A stretch of 64,000 nucleotides of DNA from assembly GCA_963693365.1 (NCBI GenBank), contig CAVNZM010000012.1:1736001-1800000 (forward strand), in the 5' to 3' direction. The stretch is from Amoebidium appalachense. Lineage: Eukaryota > Protista > Ichthyosporea. The position numbers and the translations under genes were made by a program. This document shows, piece by piece, positions 1-13,136 of the stretch. How positions within the stretch are numbered: the first letter of the stretch is position 1; each line of letters begins with the position of its first letter. Below the pieces are notes generated by a model, which was not told the DNA's origin, did no database searches, and saw nothing but the letters and a program-made list of their open reading frames with translations.

Positions 1-260
1 GATATGCTCAGCAAAATAGAAGCCATCGAGATATCACCGATATCTCGGAGAAGAAAATACAAAAGCCCTCACTCTCGGATACGGAGGAGATAACGACTTA
101 AATAATCATACACCCTAGAAAACTAATGACTTTATTGATATGCTCAGCAAAATAGAAGCCATCGACATATCACCGATATCTCGGAGAAGAAAATACAAAA
201 GCCCTCACTCTCGGATACGGAGGAGATAACGACTTAAATAATCATACACCCTAGAAAACT
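1..260. repeat. Tandem duplication, ~136-bp period (copies 1-124 and 137-260)
   Basis: gatatgctcagcaaaatagaagccatcga...caccctagaaaact occurs twice, nearly identical; the array may extend left of the window. Confidence 0.9.
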
Positions 261-275
261 CGTTATTGTGATGGA

Positions 276-306
<31 letters not shown>

Positions 307-948
307 TACACACCCACACACACCCACACACACCCACACACACCACCACCACCACAAACACACACACATACAATCCCTTTCACACAAAAAAATAATACTA
401 TCATAGAGACACACATGTACACACATGCGCGCGTCCGAACACAGAAAAAACAGGTATACGTAGAAAAAAGGAAGATACTTTCGAAGAAAAGAATGGTAAC
501 GCAAGGAAGAAAACAAAGTTGGTGTACGCACGGGTGTGTCTCTGTGGTGGTTCCTTTTTTTTATTGTTTTTTTTTTATTTTTATTTTATCCCGTTTCACC
601 CCCGGCGAGGCACTGCCTCAGGGGAGCTTACCGTCTTCCGCCTAGACACAGATCGTACTGTGTAGCACACTCATAACGGTCAGGATTCTAATTGACCCCA
701 ACTGGCACAATTTTTATATTGTAGTTACGCCTTATCCCACGGTTCATGCTTAACCGGCGCGCCGTCGACGTCAGAGGGCCGGTGCTGTTCATGACGTCAT
801 GTCTTGCGGCTGGATGATAACAAATTGGTGGTGCTGCTTGACGTGGTCTGGGGTGATGGCTTCTAGGGGGCGGCCAGACTGGTGGACCCTGGCTGAGGCA
901 GAACAAAAATAGGAAGTAACCAGGCCTAGGATCGATCCTGCGACTTTG

Positions 949-1004
949 AGCTTGACCACGGCCATCTAGAAACACCGGTGTTTCTAGATGGCCGTGAGCT
1001 TGAC
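949..1004. mobile_element. Minimal TIR-only DNA transposon (40-bp perfect palindrome, 957-996) with 8-bp target-site duplication, hAT-like
   Basis: cacggccatctagaaacacc|ggtgtttctagatggccgtg is a perfect palindrome with CA...TG ends, flanked by agcttgac at 949-956 and 997-1004. An 8-bp TSD is typical of hAT, also P and Merlin. Confidence 0.7.
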
Positions 1005-1396
1005 ACGCAGACATCTTACCATTGCACCAACCCGCCCCCCCCTGTGGTGTGGTGGTTCCTTGCGACACATGCATGCAAGGGAGGATGCAAAACTTAAAAA
1101 ACGTGCAGCACAACGAACCACCAATACGTGCACACGCCCGTGCGTATCAGTCTATTCTACACGCATTTTCACACAGCGCACACCCGTGTAGGTACATACA
1201 CCATCACACCATGCCATACAACACGGGCTGGCACACAAAGAAGCACCTTTGTGATTTATCAGCCTAGGGGCACTCGACTACCAGATGAGGGGAAGAGGGT
1301 GGAGGGTGTGTGTGCGGTACGCGTTCGTGGGTAGGTGCCACGACGTGGGAGCCCTACGCTACGGGTGTCGTAACGAGAAAATTGGGTACTCTGCCT

Positions 1397-2623
1397 ATCA
1401 TCTAAACCTGTACCTATAGTTCCAGAATACAGATATCTTGGTGTTCCGGTTGATTCTGTTGGTGCTATGTTTCCCCATATGGTCGAAAAGAGGGTAGAGT
1501 TGGCTCGTAAGCGGTTAGCTTTCTTCTCGGCTAATATTTTTAAAGACACACCCCTCCATCCTTCTATTAGACTTACATTTATTCGCACTTTTGTCTTCCC
1601 GGCATGTGAATATGGTTTACCCCTTCTCGCCGCTTGGATCAAGAAAGAGAGAACTAGAGCGCTTAAACCCTTGGCAAATTTCCTTGAAGCAGAAGTTGCC
1701 TCCTTTCTATCTAACAACTGTTGTAAACCTGGGCCTGTAACGCTCTCGATATATGGTCTGGTCCCAATAGCTGCTAGAGTATCCTATCTCGCGCTGAAAT
1801 TCAATAAGCACATAAGCCGCTTAAAGAAGTATTTGCCCTCCCACCCTCTCTTCTCTATCCGACCTGTCCCCTCCTCACCTCTCCCCTCTTTCCTCCCCTC
1901 TCTCTCCCCTTCTCCCCTGGGCACAAATACAAATAAACCCCGCAATAGTGTGTGTGTGACTTTGGACTGCCACTTACTTATTAAACATGTACACAATCAC
2001 AAGATAATCACGCAATATAACAAATGGAAAAAGATACCACACGACACTAGACCCGATGAAAGCATACACCTTGAAAAACTAAGCCTTATGTCTCGTTTTA
2101 TATATACTGACCGCCTCAACCATATTGCCAAATATGGCACTCGCAAATGTATAACACCTAAATACATATTACCTTCCTGTAGAACTGGTCTTTCTCTAGC
2201 TGATGGTATTATTGATCAATTACCACGCTTTTACTGTACACGTGCTATACAGTGGAGATCTAATAAGTATAAGGTGGCATCATTTGCATGCCCAAACAAC
2301 ACACACACACACCAGTTTAACCGGTCATGTATCGCCAAATGTAGTTTGATAGACCACATAATACCGCAACACACACACGTCACATTCACTGTTAACAGAC
2401 ACCCAGAAAGATAGCCTACCTGTAAATTACAACATCCTTGATTTTATACTAAACACGCGTAACTACGACCTGTTTATTAGATGTATTGATTGGCTTGAGA
2501 AACACATCACTACAAAATTATAGCGCACGCGCACACACACACACACACACACACACAACACACACACACACACACACAAACACACACATAACCAGCTGAT
2601 ACCGAGTGTCCCAAGGGGAGCCC

Positions 2624-2670
<47 letters not shown>

Positions 2671-2871
2671 GGGGAACCCTAACTAATTGATTTCTCCTTG
2701 TAGTCTTTATGGTGTCTCGTAGAGAAAGTAAACACTGATATGTAGTCACCACCCGACATCTATGTACGTGATCATGATATACCGCTGAGGGGATATTCCG
2801 AGCAAAACCCCCCCCCATACCTGAGACTGGTTCTCTTTGCCTCGAGTAAACAGCGTAAACCCCCCCCCCCC
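1397..2871 (+). mobile_element. 5'-truncated non-LTR (LINE-type) retrotransposon, copy 1: RT thumb/C-terminal region plus 3' UTR
   Basis: Near-identical to 48704-50185. Encodes the Y(R/K)YLGV motif and the ORF 1467-2414 region. A 4-nt insertion near 2390 frameshifts the C-terminus relative to copy 2. The 3' UTR has (CA)n and an internal A-tract and ends gtaaac+poly(C). Confidence 0.85.
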
Positions 2872-2999
2872 AAGGGGTATTTATGATTGGTCCAGATCGA
2901 ATCCGGTTCAATCAGATTAGCCATATAAGGATATTTAAAAAAAACCGTACGAACGAAAGGGAGCCCTACTACGGTGTGTGTGTGACGCGCGTGTGTGTT

Positions 3000-3040
<41 letters not shown>

Positions 3041-4243
3041 GCTAGGGGGGTAATTGCAATAGAATGCAGAACACGGTACAAATCAAGGCCTCGGTTAGTA
3101 AAAAGATGGCCTTGGCACAAAGCGAACTATACTACTCGACGAGACACGCATACGGTGCAGGACACATGCAAAGGCAAACATCTAAGTATGCAACATCAGC
3201 AACGCACACAGCTGCAACATCTGTGCAACCTATGCATTTGATTATCGAACTCTAACCTTTTTTGCGTGTGATTGTGTATCACAACGGTTGGGGGGGGAGG
3301 GCGGGGGCATCATACGTGCATCGATGGATGGCACACAGCTAACATGTTCCAGTGCAATCGCCTAGACTTGCTCAGATGCGTAATAGCAAAGGGCCCCCAA
3401 TGCGTGTTGGCAAGGCATCGCATGGTTAGAAGAGGAGGTGTCTGTGCAAATCTTTGATGAATGAAGGTAAAGTTACTGCGTTTCAAGGCTGTCTCTCACC
3501 CAGCACACTCCTTTGCATTGCTTAGTTTGCACCATCCACTAGCCTTTTGGTCCTGTTGGATACGATTGCATGGGCTAGGCTGACGTGCAGAAAGTGAAAA
3601 GACAGTTGTATGCTCGTGATCGTGTCTGCCTGCCTTAAGTTCTAGTATCTTGTTTCACAGGTGCAGTACTCAAGCGCAAACACATACCAGCAAAGTACAC
3701 ATACATATCTTCTGCAATAATTCTTGTTCTTCGAGGGAGAAAAACAATTTGCAGCTAGTTCAGATAGCAAACACATAAAGTGCAGAAAAATGAGAGAGCC
3801 TACCAGTTTTAAACCTGGGAAACTCACCAGCTTGGCAGTAGCAACGAACACAAGGGATGTAATTGCTGTTACACGGCATTATGCCAGGTAACATAGTTTA
3901 TATATCAGGCCCAGCCCGATGTAGAGTTTCGTACATCGTACGATAACGTGGTCATGTTCATCATAAAATAACACCAGAAACACCATACAAAACGCAACGA
4001 GGGTCATAATTCCGACCAACCCTAAAAATATAAATAGCGACATGCACACAGGTCGACCTGTTCTCACACGGCGTTATCCTCCTTCGTGAAAGAGCAAATT
4101 AATCTTTTTACAATTTCGTAACATTCGTCGCAGACCCAGCACTCGGGAGAGCATTTCTCGCTACGTTTCGCGTATCACTTCACATGTCAACATCTCACGT
4201 GATGTCACGTGTAGTTAGACCAGCACAAAAAAGGAGGGCAAAA

Positions 4244-4474
4244 TTACTCGGGCTTGACGAACTTCTGGTTGATGACCATGAGCTTAGTGTTCTCCCACGG
4301 CTGCACCTTGAGCTCGGGGTGGCGGCCAGCAACAGTCCAGTTCACACGATTGGGGCCATAGTTGCGGCCAATGATGCCGACTGCCATCACGCAGGCAACA
4401 CCGGTAACGGCGATGACGGGGATGACCTCGGGGGCCTTCTTGAAGAAAGCGAGAGTCTGGCGGACGAAAGACAT
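4244..4474 (-). CDS. NDUFA4: NDUFA4/COXFA4 (MLRQ/B12D family) respiratory-chain accessory subunit, 76 aa, intronless
   Basis: MSFVRQTLAFFKKAPEVIPVIAVTGVACVMAVGII...VNW...PELKVQPWENTKLMVINQKF fits the KKxPxxIP-TM helix-VxW-PE-K-P pattern of MLRQ proteins. ATG at 4474 in gccaaaATG context; strongly biased codons. Confidence 0.8.
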   Translation of the reverse strand: MSFVRQTLAFFKKAPEVIPVIAVTGVACVMAVGIIGRNYGPNRVNWTVAGRHPELKVQPWENTKLMVINQKFVKPE

Positions 4475-4625
4475 TTTGGCTTCAAGGAGGAAGTCGTCGA
4501 GCGACACGAGGAATCTCGTTTTAGAAGTGAACGGCGACTTGTCTGACACAACTGGCATGTGGGGCGCCTTTTATGGGAGGCCATGCGAATAGGAAATGGG
4601 TAACAACGTACTTTTATTCCAAGAT

Positions 4626-4686
4626 TTGATTGGCTGTCCCTTACAATGGGAATATTCTAGCACACGTCGAACCATCCGATTGGCCT
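4626..4686 (-). promoter_or_regulatory. CCAAT boxes upstream of NDUFA4
   Basis: gattgg (CCAATC on the - strand) at about 4629 and 4679, 150-210 bp upstream of the ATG. Confidence 0.45.
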
Positions 4687-5614
4687 TTCATCACGCGAGC
4701 TTATCAACGTAAATAATGTGAGGTTGCTTCTTCGCCCTGATAGGCTGATGCGGCGTAGTAGCACGGTTTCCAAGGCCAAATCAAGGTGTTTTGCCGCTTT
4801 CTTGTTCTTTATTTTAGACAGAGCTTGTTGAATTTGGCCCAAACAACCAGCAAGGTGTTGCCCAAGGAGCTGATTTAATGAAAAACACATCATATGTTTA
4901 TCATGAGAAGAAATCGTTCTCTCCCTGCATTCTTTCGTACTGTTTGTTTACTTTTTCTGGCATATTCCTTAGCCTTGCTTTCGACTCACAGATACAGGCC
5001 TATTACGTCTAATGACAATACACCAATCGATCTCTTTTGTCTTATTTATTTAAATTTTGATTCGAAGATATTCAGTATCCAGGGTGTGATTCGATAATGA
5101 TCATGTATATGTAACAGATTTTGCGCTTGATCCCCAGTTTGTGTATTATGTAAGACCGAAACAGCCCAAAAGAACAACGATAAATGAACAAATATATACT
5201 TATATTTACTTCATAATATAATAAAAGTGCTAATCACATTATTTGTCGGGACTCTAGAACCTCCTGCTGGGTTTACCCGGTTTAACCCTGTTAACGTTTT
5301 TTTGGCCCTCGTGCTGGGGGCCAGACGCCTTGCAGCCGGGCCCCAGACCCAAATTCAATGATGTGTACACGCGTACGTGTTTCAAGTGGGCCTCGAGGCT
5401 GCCACCGTGTAACATTAGCGGATATTCCGTATGGCCGTAGTGTTGAAAGAGTAAGCGGTGTAGTTTCCTTTGTCTTTTGTATACATATTTTTTAGCCACA
5501 GGATAACAGAAAATGAGAGCCTTCAAGTGAGCATAGTGACTCCAAGTCAAAGTGGCCTCTTTGTGCCCCATTTTCATTGGTTCTCACATCGACCATGTGA
5601 CATTCAGTGATCCA

Positions 5615-5654
5615 CCAATCAGCGCGATGAACAGATCTACCCGATTCTGATTGG
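5615..5654. promoter_or_regulatory. Pair of inverted CCAAT boxes, promoter-like; no downstream gene resolved
   Basis: ccaatc at 5615-5620 and gattgg at 5649-5654 in CpG-containing, microsatellite-free sequence. Confidence 0.3.
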
Positions 5655-6330
5655 ACGACGCTACAGTATTGAATGGAGTCGGACGGACTCGGAGCCACCT
5701 GGGAGCCATGCAGAACCGACTCAATCTCGAGCTCTCAGCAAACAAGCACTCTGCCCTGCCCTGGTTTGCCCAAAAAACAAGAAAAAACGATGTTGTGAAA
5801 TCTGTGAAATCTGTGTAGCATTGCCTGAGACAACAATAGTAGCAGTGGCTATACACCCTTAGATAGAGGGTGTTCTAAGCAAAAGGGGTGATATGAACCT
5901 GGTAGCACCCATAAATAAAGCATTACGTCCACGAGCAATCGAGGATCAAACAGATGACATGATCACAACTATTCACATCTGTTCAGGCGCTGCCAACGAT
6001 AACTTGGATCCCCAACTACCAACCATGAAGTGCACGTGAGTGTTGCGGGAATGGTACCAGTGCGTTTATTGTTCAGAAAGCATGCATCTATCATGGGTTG
6101 GCACTATACCGGAGGTTGGGAGACTTGTTTCCTTTGTCAACTCTGTTTTGTATGAACTCAAGCTTCGAGTTTCTTGGTCTGCTTTCGAAAGGCAAGTTGA
6201 GAAAGTCTACACCTGAAATAGCTCTCTTCCTTCCAATGTTTTGGTTTTTCTATTGTCTCTGGTCCCCCAGCCAACTCCCGCACTCAAATACATGCACACA
6301 GTCACATGCACACACACACTCTCTCTCTCG

Positions 6331-6395
<65 letters not shown>

Positions 6396-6875
6396 TCCCT
6401 CTCTCTCTCTCTCTCTCTTTTGCTTTCATCTTCCCAGTTTTTAGCTGCGGCACCTAGCATTTGGACACACAAGTATGTGCAAAACACATATGCCGGCGGC
6501 GCGCACACAAGCACAAGCATAAGGGCAAAGCAACTGAGTTTTCGGTGTAACTGACACTTTTTGATGGGTATTCACACATCTGAGCGCACACAGTCTATGT
6601 CTGGAACTAGACTCTCTCCTTCACACATACCGTGATTAAGTCATACCTGGAGAAACACCACCCTAGAAACCCAGTTGCTGCATTTTCTGGGCAACCACGC
6701 TCTCTCTCACGAAGCCTACACTTTGAGTCCAAGCCCCTACCTCCCTTCCCCCCCCTCTCTATCTGAGGACTGGCTTTGCTTGGAATGCGTGCTTTGCGAA
6801 CTGTGTTGTGTTGTCTGTGTCAAGCGTGTGCTCAGCGTCTGCAAATCCCCCCCACCCACCCACCCACCACCACCA

Positions 6876-6916
<41 letters not shown>

Positions 6917-7292
6917 GTGTGAGATCTGCACTCGGTAATTTGTACACACACACACACACACACCTACACTTGGCGTGAGATCTGCACTCTGTAATGTGTT
7001 GTTCGTTATGAATGTGCAGCTTGTACTTTATATGTAACGTGTTCGAAACTTGAGCCTCCAAGTGCCCTCTTCCCGTCTTCTTCTATTACACGCGCAATAC
7101 GTGGCCTTCTGAAACAGTTTTCAGTTCCGTCATGTATGCACGATTTATCCACAAGTTACAGGTACAAATGTCCACAGACATGAGTTTTGTTGAACAATAC
7201 TGCTCTGACTGCACCTTCGTGGCTCGAGTCTTGAAGTTGTCTGATGCAATCCGAAAGCCTAAACACGACGTACATCAGCACACGTAGCATCC

Positions 7293-7334
<42 letters not shown>

Positions 7335-7769
7335 CCGCCGGCTGACCCGAAATACTCCTTATTCTCTTTATGTGCTCTCTTCTGCTTGAGGCATAACCTT
7401 ACGAGCCTTTTTCCTACCTAGGTGCTTTGTGAATGCTGCCTCTCTATGTGCACCCTTTTTACTCCGGCCGGCCCCCAAAACATACACGTACATGGAGAAA
7501 CACGTCTACGCTGGTCTTGCTATTAGACTGCCTCGTCGTGTGCACTGGTGGCTCTGTACACTGAATATGTCTTGGCCTTTGAAAGAAGTTGCTTGTGATC
7601 CCCCCACCCCTACCCCACCGCACCCTACCACCACCACCCCCCTCCCCCTAAAAAAAAAAAACTACAGACACACACACACACACACACACACAGACACACA
7701 CATGCTGTCTTTCCCTACCTACACCCTTGCTTGTTACTGCATTCGATTCTTTCCTGTATCCCGGCAACG

Positions 7770-7805
<36 letters not shown>

Positions 7806-8092
7806 CGCCCGCCCTCCCCTCCCCCTCCCCCCCGGGGGGCCGCTCTCTCTCCCCCAGGGGGAAATTCAATTGTTTTTGGGCTCTGTGTTCCACAACACCC
7901 ATTTTGGTATCTGCAAGTTATGTCCTTTGAAAACACCCCACCAGAGCACATGTACACACACACACACACACGCAGACAAACAAATGTGCCCCGCAACCCC
8001 CTCTTTTTCCCGTTTCCTTCCCCATACACACTATATTGTCACCTCCCCCCCCCCCCCCCCCCCCCCCCCCCCTTCCCCCCGCCTCTCTCCCT

Positions 8093-8125
<33 letters not shown>

Positions 8126-8716
8126 CCCCTCCCACACCCCGTCCCCGTTTCCCCCCCCCCTCCTCATCTTCCTCTTCCTCTTCCACCTTACATTTTGGCA
8201 CGGTACACGTTTACTCAAGAAAAGAGAACAAAACAGGATAATACGTGTTCACATGAACCTATCTCCTTCTCTTTCTCACTGCCCTCCCCGTCATTCCCAC
8301 ATACACCACAATACTGTAATCATATTTTTCGAGAATATAGTGGGAGCTCACAAACACCCTCTTCTTACGTGGCGCTGTGTGGTATATGGAATAAGTAGGG
8401 TAGCTAGCTGTGATGCCCTTCGCGTGTGTGTTCCTGGTGACTTAGTATTGCTCGTGTCGCGTGGCGCAACCTTAACACACAGAAATGGTGAACGACAAAA
8501 CGCAGGCCTGGAAAGGCCGCGTAATGTTTATTTATTGAATACGGCCGAGGAGATCTTACTAACCCGGCAATCTCGGTAGTTTATGCGCAATGTGCAACAA
8601 GCAGCCCCCCCCCCCCCAACCCAACCCACCCACACGTCCTCACACACACACACCACCACCGCCAGCACCACCATCACCAAAAAAATAAAAAATATAAATA
8701 AAAACAATATTTTTTC

Positions 8717-9025
8717 CTCATACGATCGTGTCACGTGTGCTTCGTAACCCAGTTCGGCAATCTAACCTCCTCCTCCCCCCCCCCCCCCCCCCCCCCCTTC
8801 CCCCCATCCACCCACCCAACACACACACAAACACACACACACACACACACACCACCACCACCACCACCACCACCGGTACCACCACCACCACCACCGGTGA
8901 TCACCACTGAAAGAAAAATTTTTTTTTAAAAAAAATGCATGTGTTCTGGTGCCCCGATTTTTTTATCGTACACGATCGTGTCACAATTGTACTTCATAAC
9001 CCAGTTCGGCATTCTAACCTCCTCC
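8717..9025 (+). repeat. Local imperfect duplication of a ~55-bp unit, each copy followed by poly(C)
   Basis: acgatcgtgtcac...cttc(g/a)taacccagttcggca(a/t)tctaacctcctcc at about 8721-8775 and 8972-9025. Confidence 0.8.
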
Positions 9026-9032
9026 AGCGCCG

Positions 9033-9086
<54 letters not shown>

Positions 9087-9730
9087 AGCCTCCCCCTGTA
9101 ACAGAAAATAAAAAGATACGAAACACACACCTAAACACACACACACACACACACACACGTGTACACGAGCGTACACGTGTGTACACTCGATTGCGCGCAC
9201 GCTTCACGTGAAGGCCACATAGGTTGAACTCCGATTACATCTTGTAGTATACATATATGATGACTGTATGTCGCTAGAGCTATGGTGTCAAACGTATGTA
9301 CGTAAGCAACTGTTCCAGGTGTGCGTGTGCGTATACATGACATTTTTAATCAAGATTGCGATGGCCCGGTGATTGCACATGTGCATTGAAGCCCCCAGGT
9401 GTGTTTGTGAATGTCGCGCAGGTGGGTTACAATTATCATAAAGGTGTGGGTGCTGGTGCTCGTCGACTGTCGGTTTAGTATATTGGTTCTGTGGACAACT
9501 GTGGTGCAATATTCCTACTTTTTTTTTTTTTTTTTTTTAGTTTTATGAAGAATATGTGCACATGTACACCATGATCAGTACAATTGTCATGCCAAATGTA
9601 TGTATGGGCTCATGAATATGGATGGGTTAGTTTTAAATTTAAAGCATGCATTCTGTGGGGGTACCGGCCGCGGTTGCCCCACCATCAGCCCCACCTCGGG
9701 AGAAGTCCGGAGCAGGGGTGGGTGGGTGGT

Positions 9731-9783
<53 letters not shown>

Positions 9784-10794
9784 GAACAACAAATGTGCAT
9801 AAACAGTATTCTACTGTGCACACGCGTACGCGTACTGCACGTGTGCAGTTTGCAAATTAGGGAGAGAAAGATTTAGAGACACACTCTAGCCATGGTACAA
9901 ATCAGCTCAGCTCACATAGTCGAGCCTAGTAGACAATTACTAACATAGTATAGATGTTCGACTCATGATCCAATCCAAATATATACAGAGTCAATACTGC
10001 AGCTGCTAGATTTGCACTCACCGACCCTGGTAGCACATCATGTGGCGCTGCATGCTAGGTGATCCCAAAGCCGGATGGAATAGTTGTTCAACCAATGCAG
10101 AGTTTTTTTTGGTGCAAAACTTTAGTACATATCAGCTGTCGTGGTTAGCTTGATATGTTCACCTCTTGTAGTATAGGTGTATGGGCATATCATGATGCCA
10201 TTATAGCCATTATACATTAATTTTAGTGCTGGAAAAACACCTAATATAGTACTAATATATATAGGCTACACGTACATACCGGTACCACGGCCAAGAAATA
10301 TGGCCAGAGACGATCAGGTTATCATGAGTTTACACGGATTTTTAAATTTGCAAATTGGGGGGGGGGGGGGGGAGGTAGTAAATATCGACGTCCCCCCTGG
10401 TGGTAACCCCCTTCCCCCCCCTCCCTCCCCAAGGTAGCCGCAGGGGGGGAAGGAACAACTTGGGTGTATGGGGTGGTCCCTTCCCCCCTCCCTTCCCCCC
10501 CCCCCCCCCTCCCCCCTCCCCCCGCCCCGCCCGCCTGCCCGCCCGCCCGCCCGCCCGCCCGCCCGCCAGCCCGCCCGCCCATGCGCGTGATCATGGCAGC
10601 TCTTTTCCACCCACAAAAGTTGTACATGTACTTCGTTACTTTTTTTTTTTTTTTTTTTTCTTTTTTTTTTTTTTAATTAAATAAATTGCCAGTTCCGTTT
10701 TTGCCACTGACACATATATATGTCTCTCGGCCCCCCCCCCCCCCCCCCCCCCCCCCTCCCCCTCCCCCCCTCGCGCTTCCCCCTCCCCCCTGTC

Positions 10795-10845
10795 GTTGCT
10801 CTTTGTTGTCTCCTCCATATTTCCAACCCTCTAACGCATACATCA
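10795..10845 (+). repeat. Short dispersed element family B (51 bp), poly(C) on both sides
   Basis: gttgctctttgttgtctcctccatatttccaaccctctaacgcatacatca is identical to the reverse complement of 14167-14217. Confidence 0.85.
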
Positions 10846-10920
10846 ACAACCCCCCCCCCCCCCCCCCCCCCTCCCCCCCGGACCCCCCTCACAACCACAT
10901 ACACACACGCGTGCGCGCGC

Positions 10921-10987
<67 letters not shown>

Positions 10988-11018
10988 CACCTACACCCAC
11001 ACCCACACCCACCCACCC

Positions 11019-11077
<59 letters not shown>

Positions 11078-11450
11078 ACACATGCGCACACACATTTCCC
11101 AGTCCTTCGTACTGGTGCTTCTTCTGCCGGATGCATACTCATTGTGTGTTGTTTGCCGGCAAGGTCTGCTTTGTGTTGTCCGCGGCGAACGTGTTCTATA
11201 TGCTACATAACATTCTCGGTAACGACACTCCCCCCCCCCCCACCTCCCCCTCCTCCCCTCGCCTCACTCACCTTCTCCCCCTCCCCCCCCTCCCCTCATC
11301 CTAGGGATAACATTTTCTAACGACCCCCCTGGCCCCTCCTGCTTCACTCACCTCCCCCCCCCCCCCCCCCCCCGCCCCTCACCCTGCTCGTTTACACAAG
11401 TACATGCGTATGGCATTGCACAACATGCGCACACACGCACACACACCCAC

Positions 11451-11492
<42 letters not shown>

Positions 11493-13136
11493 CACACGCA
11501 CACGCGCGCGCGCGCGCAACGGTCAACTATATTTCTAGATTAGTATGGGGGCAAAATTATCGTGCTAACCATGCAGTGTTCGTGTGCCACAGTGTGTGGC
11601 GGGGAATGTATGTGTGTGTGGTGTGGTTGAGTGTATTTAAGCATGTTCCGTCGGGTGCTCATCGCTGGTCAAAGTTTGTGCACCTCGTGTGTGCGTGTGG
11701 CCTACATACATGCGTGGGCAGGTACGTGTGAGCTAAACGGTGTTCGGAAAGTGTGTGCTCTGTGTGTGCGCGGGTACCGGTGGGGCGACTATCGAGACGA
11801 GTGCAAGAGGGAGGGGCGGGGAGGGGGGGGAGGGGCCCGGGGAGCAGGGGGCACTGGTCGGGGGGGGGGGGGGGGGGGGGGAGGCTAGCGAGGAGAAGGG
11901 GGGGGGGGGGGGGGGGGGGGGAGGGAAGCGGGGAGGGAGGGGGGGGGGGGGGGGGAGGGTATTATTATGCATATTAGCCTGAGTTTTGGGTAATCATGGG
12001 AGTAACTTCTACTAGTTAGCCTCCATGTTTACGTTTTGGGATCGAGTATATGTAAACCGCAGCTAAATCATAGTACTATAAATGATCAGTATCTGATATA
12101 GCCATATGATGGCATCCTATGGGGTGGTACACACGCGCAGTCCAATTATACGACGGCATGTAAGCTGCTTATATTTAAATTTACTTGCTCGCGCATGAAA
12201 ATATACGAGACACTGTTCAAGTGTAGTTTTGCCAAAGGTCATGTGTACACCAAGTCGCATATACACTACTACTATTAATGAAAACAATAATAAACAAATG
12301 CAAACAGTGACCAAGAAAAATAAGTGCAACGTACGTGAGGGTTTTGTGGCTGCATATCTCACTAGAGGCCCTGTACATGTGAACAACCATCAAATCGAAA
12401 TGGGTTGGTAAGAAAAATGCTTGATAACCTCTATGCAAACCTTTTCAAGCACTTTTCACAATTTACAACAGCTTTCGTAGAGCAACCTAGTACACCCCAC
12501 CTAAAATATATCTGACACGTCAAAACGTTAACCTGCTAATGTTTGAGCACGTGCTCCAAATTCTTAGCCACAAGCTCAACCAGTGACACCGACCAGTGAG
12601 TACATAGATCAGTCGATTTTTGACCAACCGAAATATATTTTTGTGCCAGGCAAAAAAAAAAGAAAGAAAGAATGAAAGAAAAAACTCTCAAACAAGACGA
12701 ACATACTCAACCTACTGATGCAAATTCACCCTGCTACTGTATAGCTAAAATACACAATTGCCAAATACGGGCGATAATTATAATAATTAATCATCACCCG
12801 CACCGTCATATTAACACAGATGCAAACTACTAGCAGTTACCAAACCCCACCCTGCAGTGCCTAGATATACAGTCACACACACACACACGCACACACAAGC
12901 ACACGCACATGCACACACGCACACGCACACACACACGCACACGCACACGCACACACGCACACGCACATGCACACACACACACACACACACACGCACATGC
13001 ACACGCACACGCACACACGCACACACACACACATAAATATGTACATTCAGTAACCAATCCCTACGGTACATACCGTGCCAACACCCAACTTGAGCTCAGC
13101 CTGCTAGCCAAAGATGCACTTGCAAAATATGGTTAA

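Noticed and set aside
590-640. Possible hammerhead on the - strand (ctgaggc...gaaac)
   Set aside because: The core is CUGAGGC rather than CUGANGA and is better explained as a simple gaggc-agt-gcctc hairpin.
4475-4558. Longer 104-aa NDUFA4 ORF start
   Set aside because: The family size and the aaaATG context favour 4474; the upstream part reads as 5' UTR.
5890-12800. Scattered exon-like segments (about 5893-6035, 7110-7285, 11103-11210)
   Set aside because: Plausible splice signals but no recognisable homology or consistent phase chain; a gene here cannot be supported or excluded.
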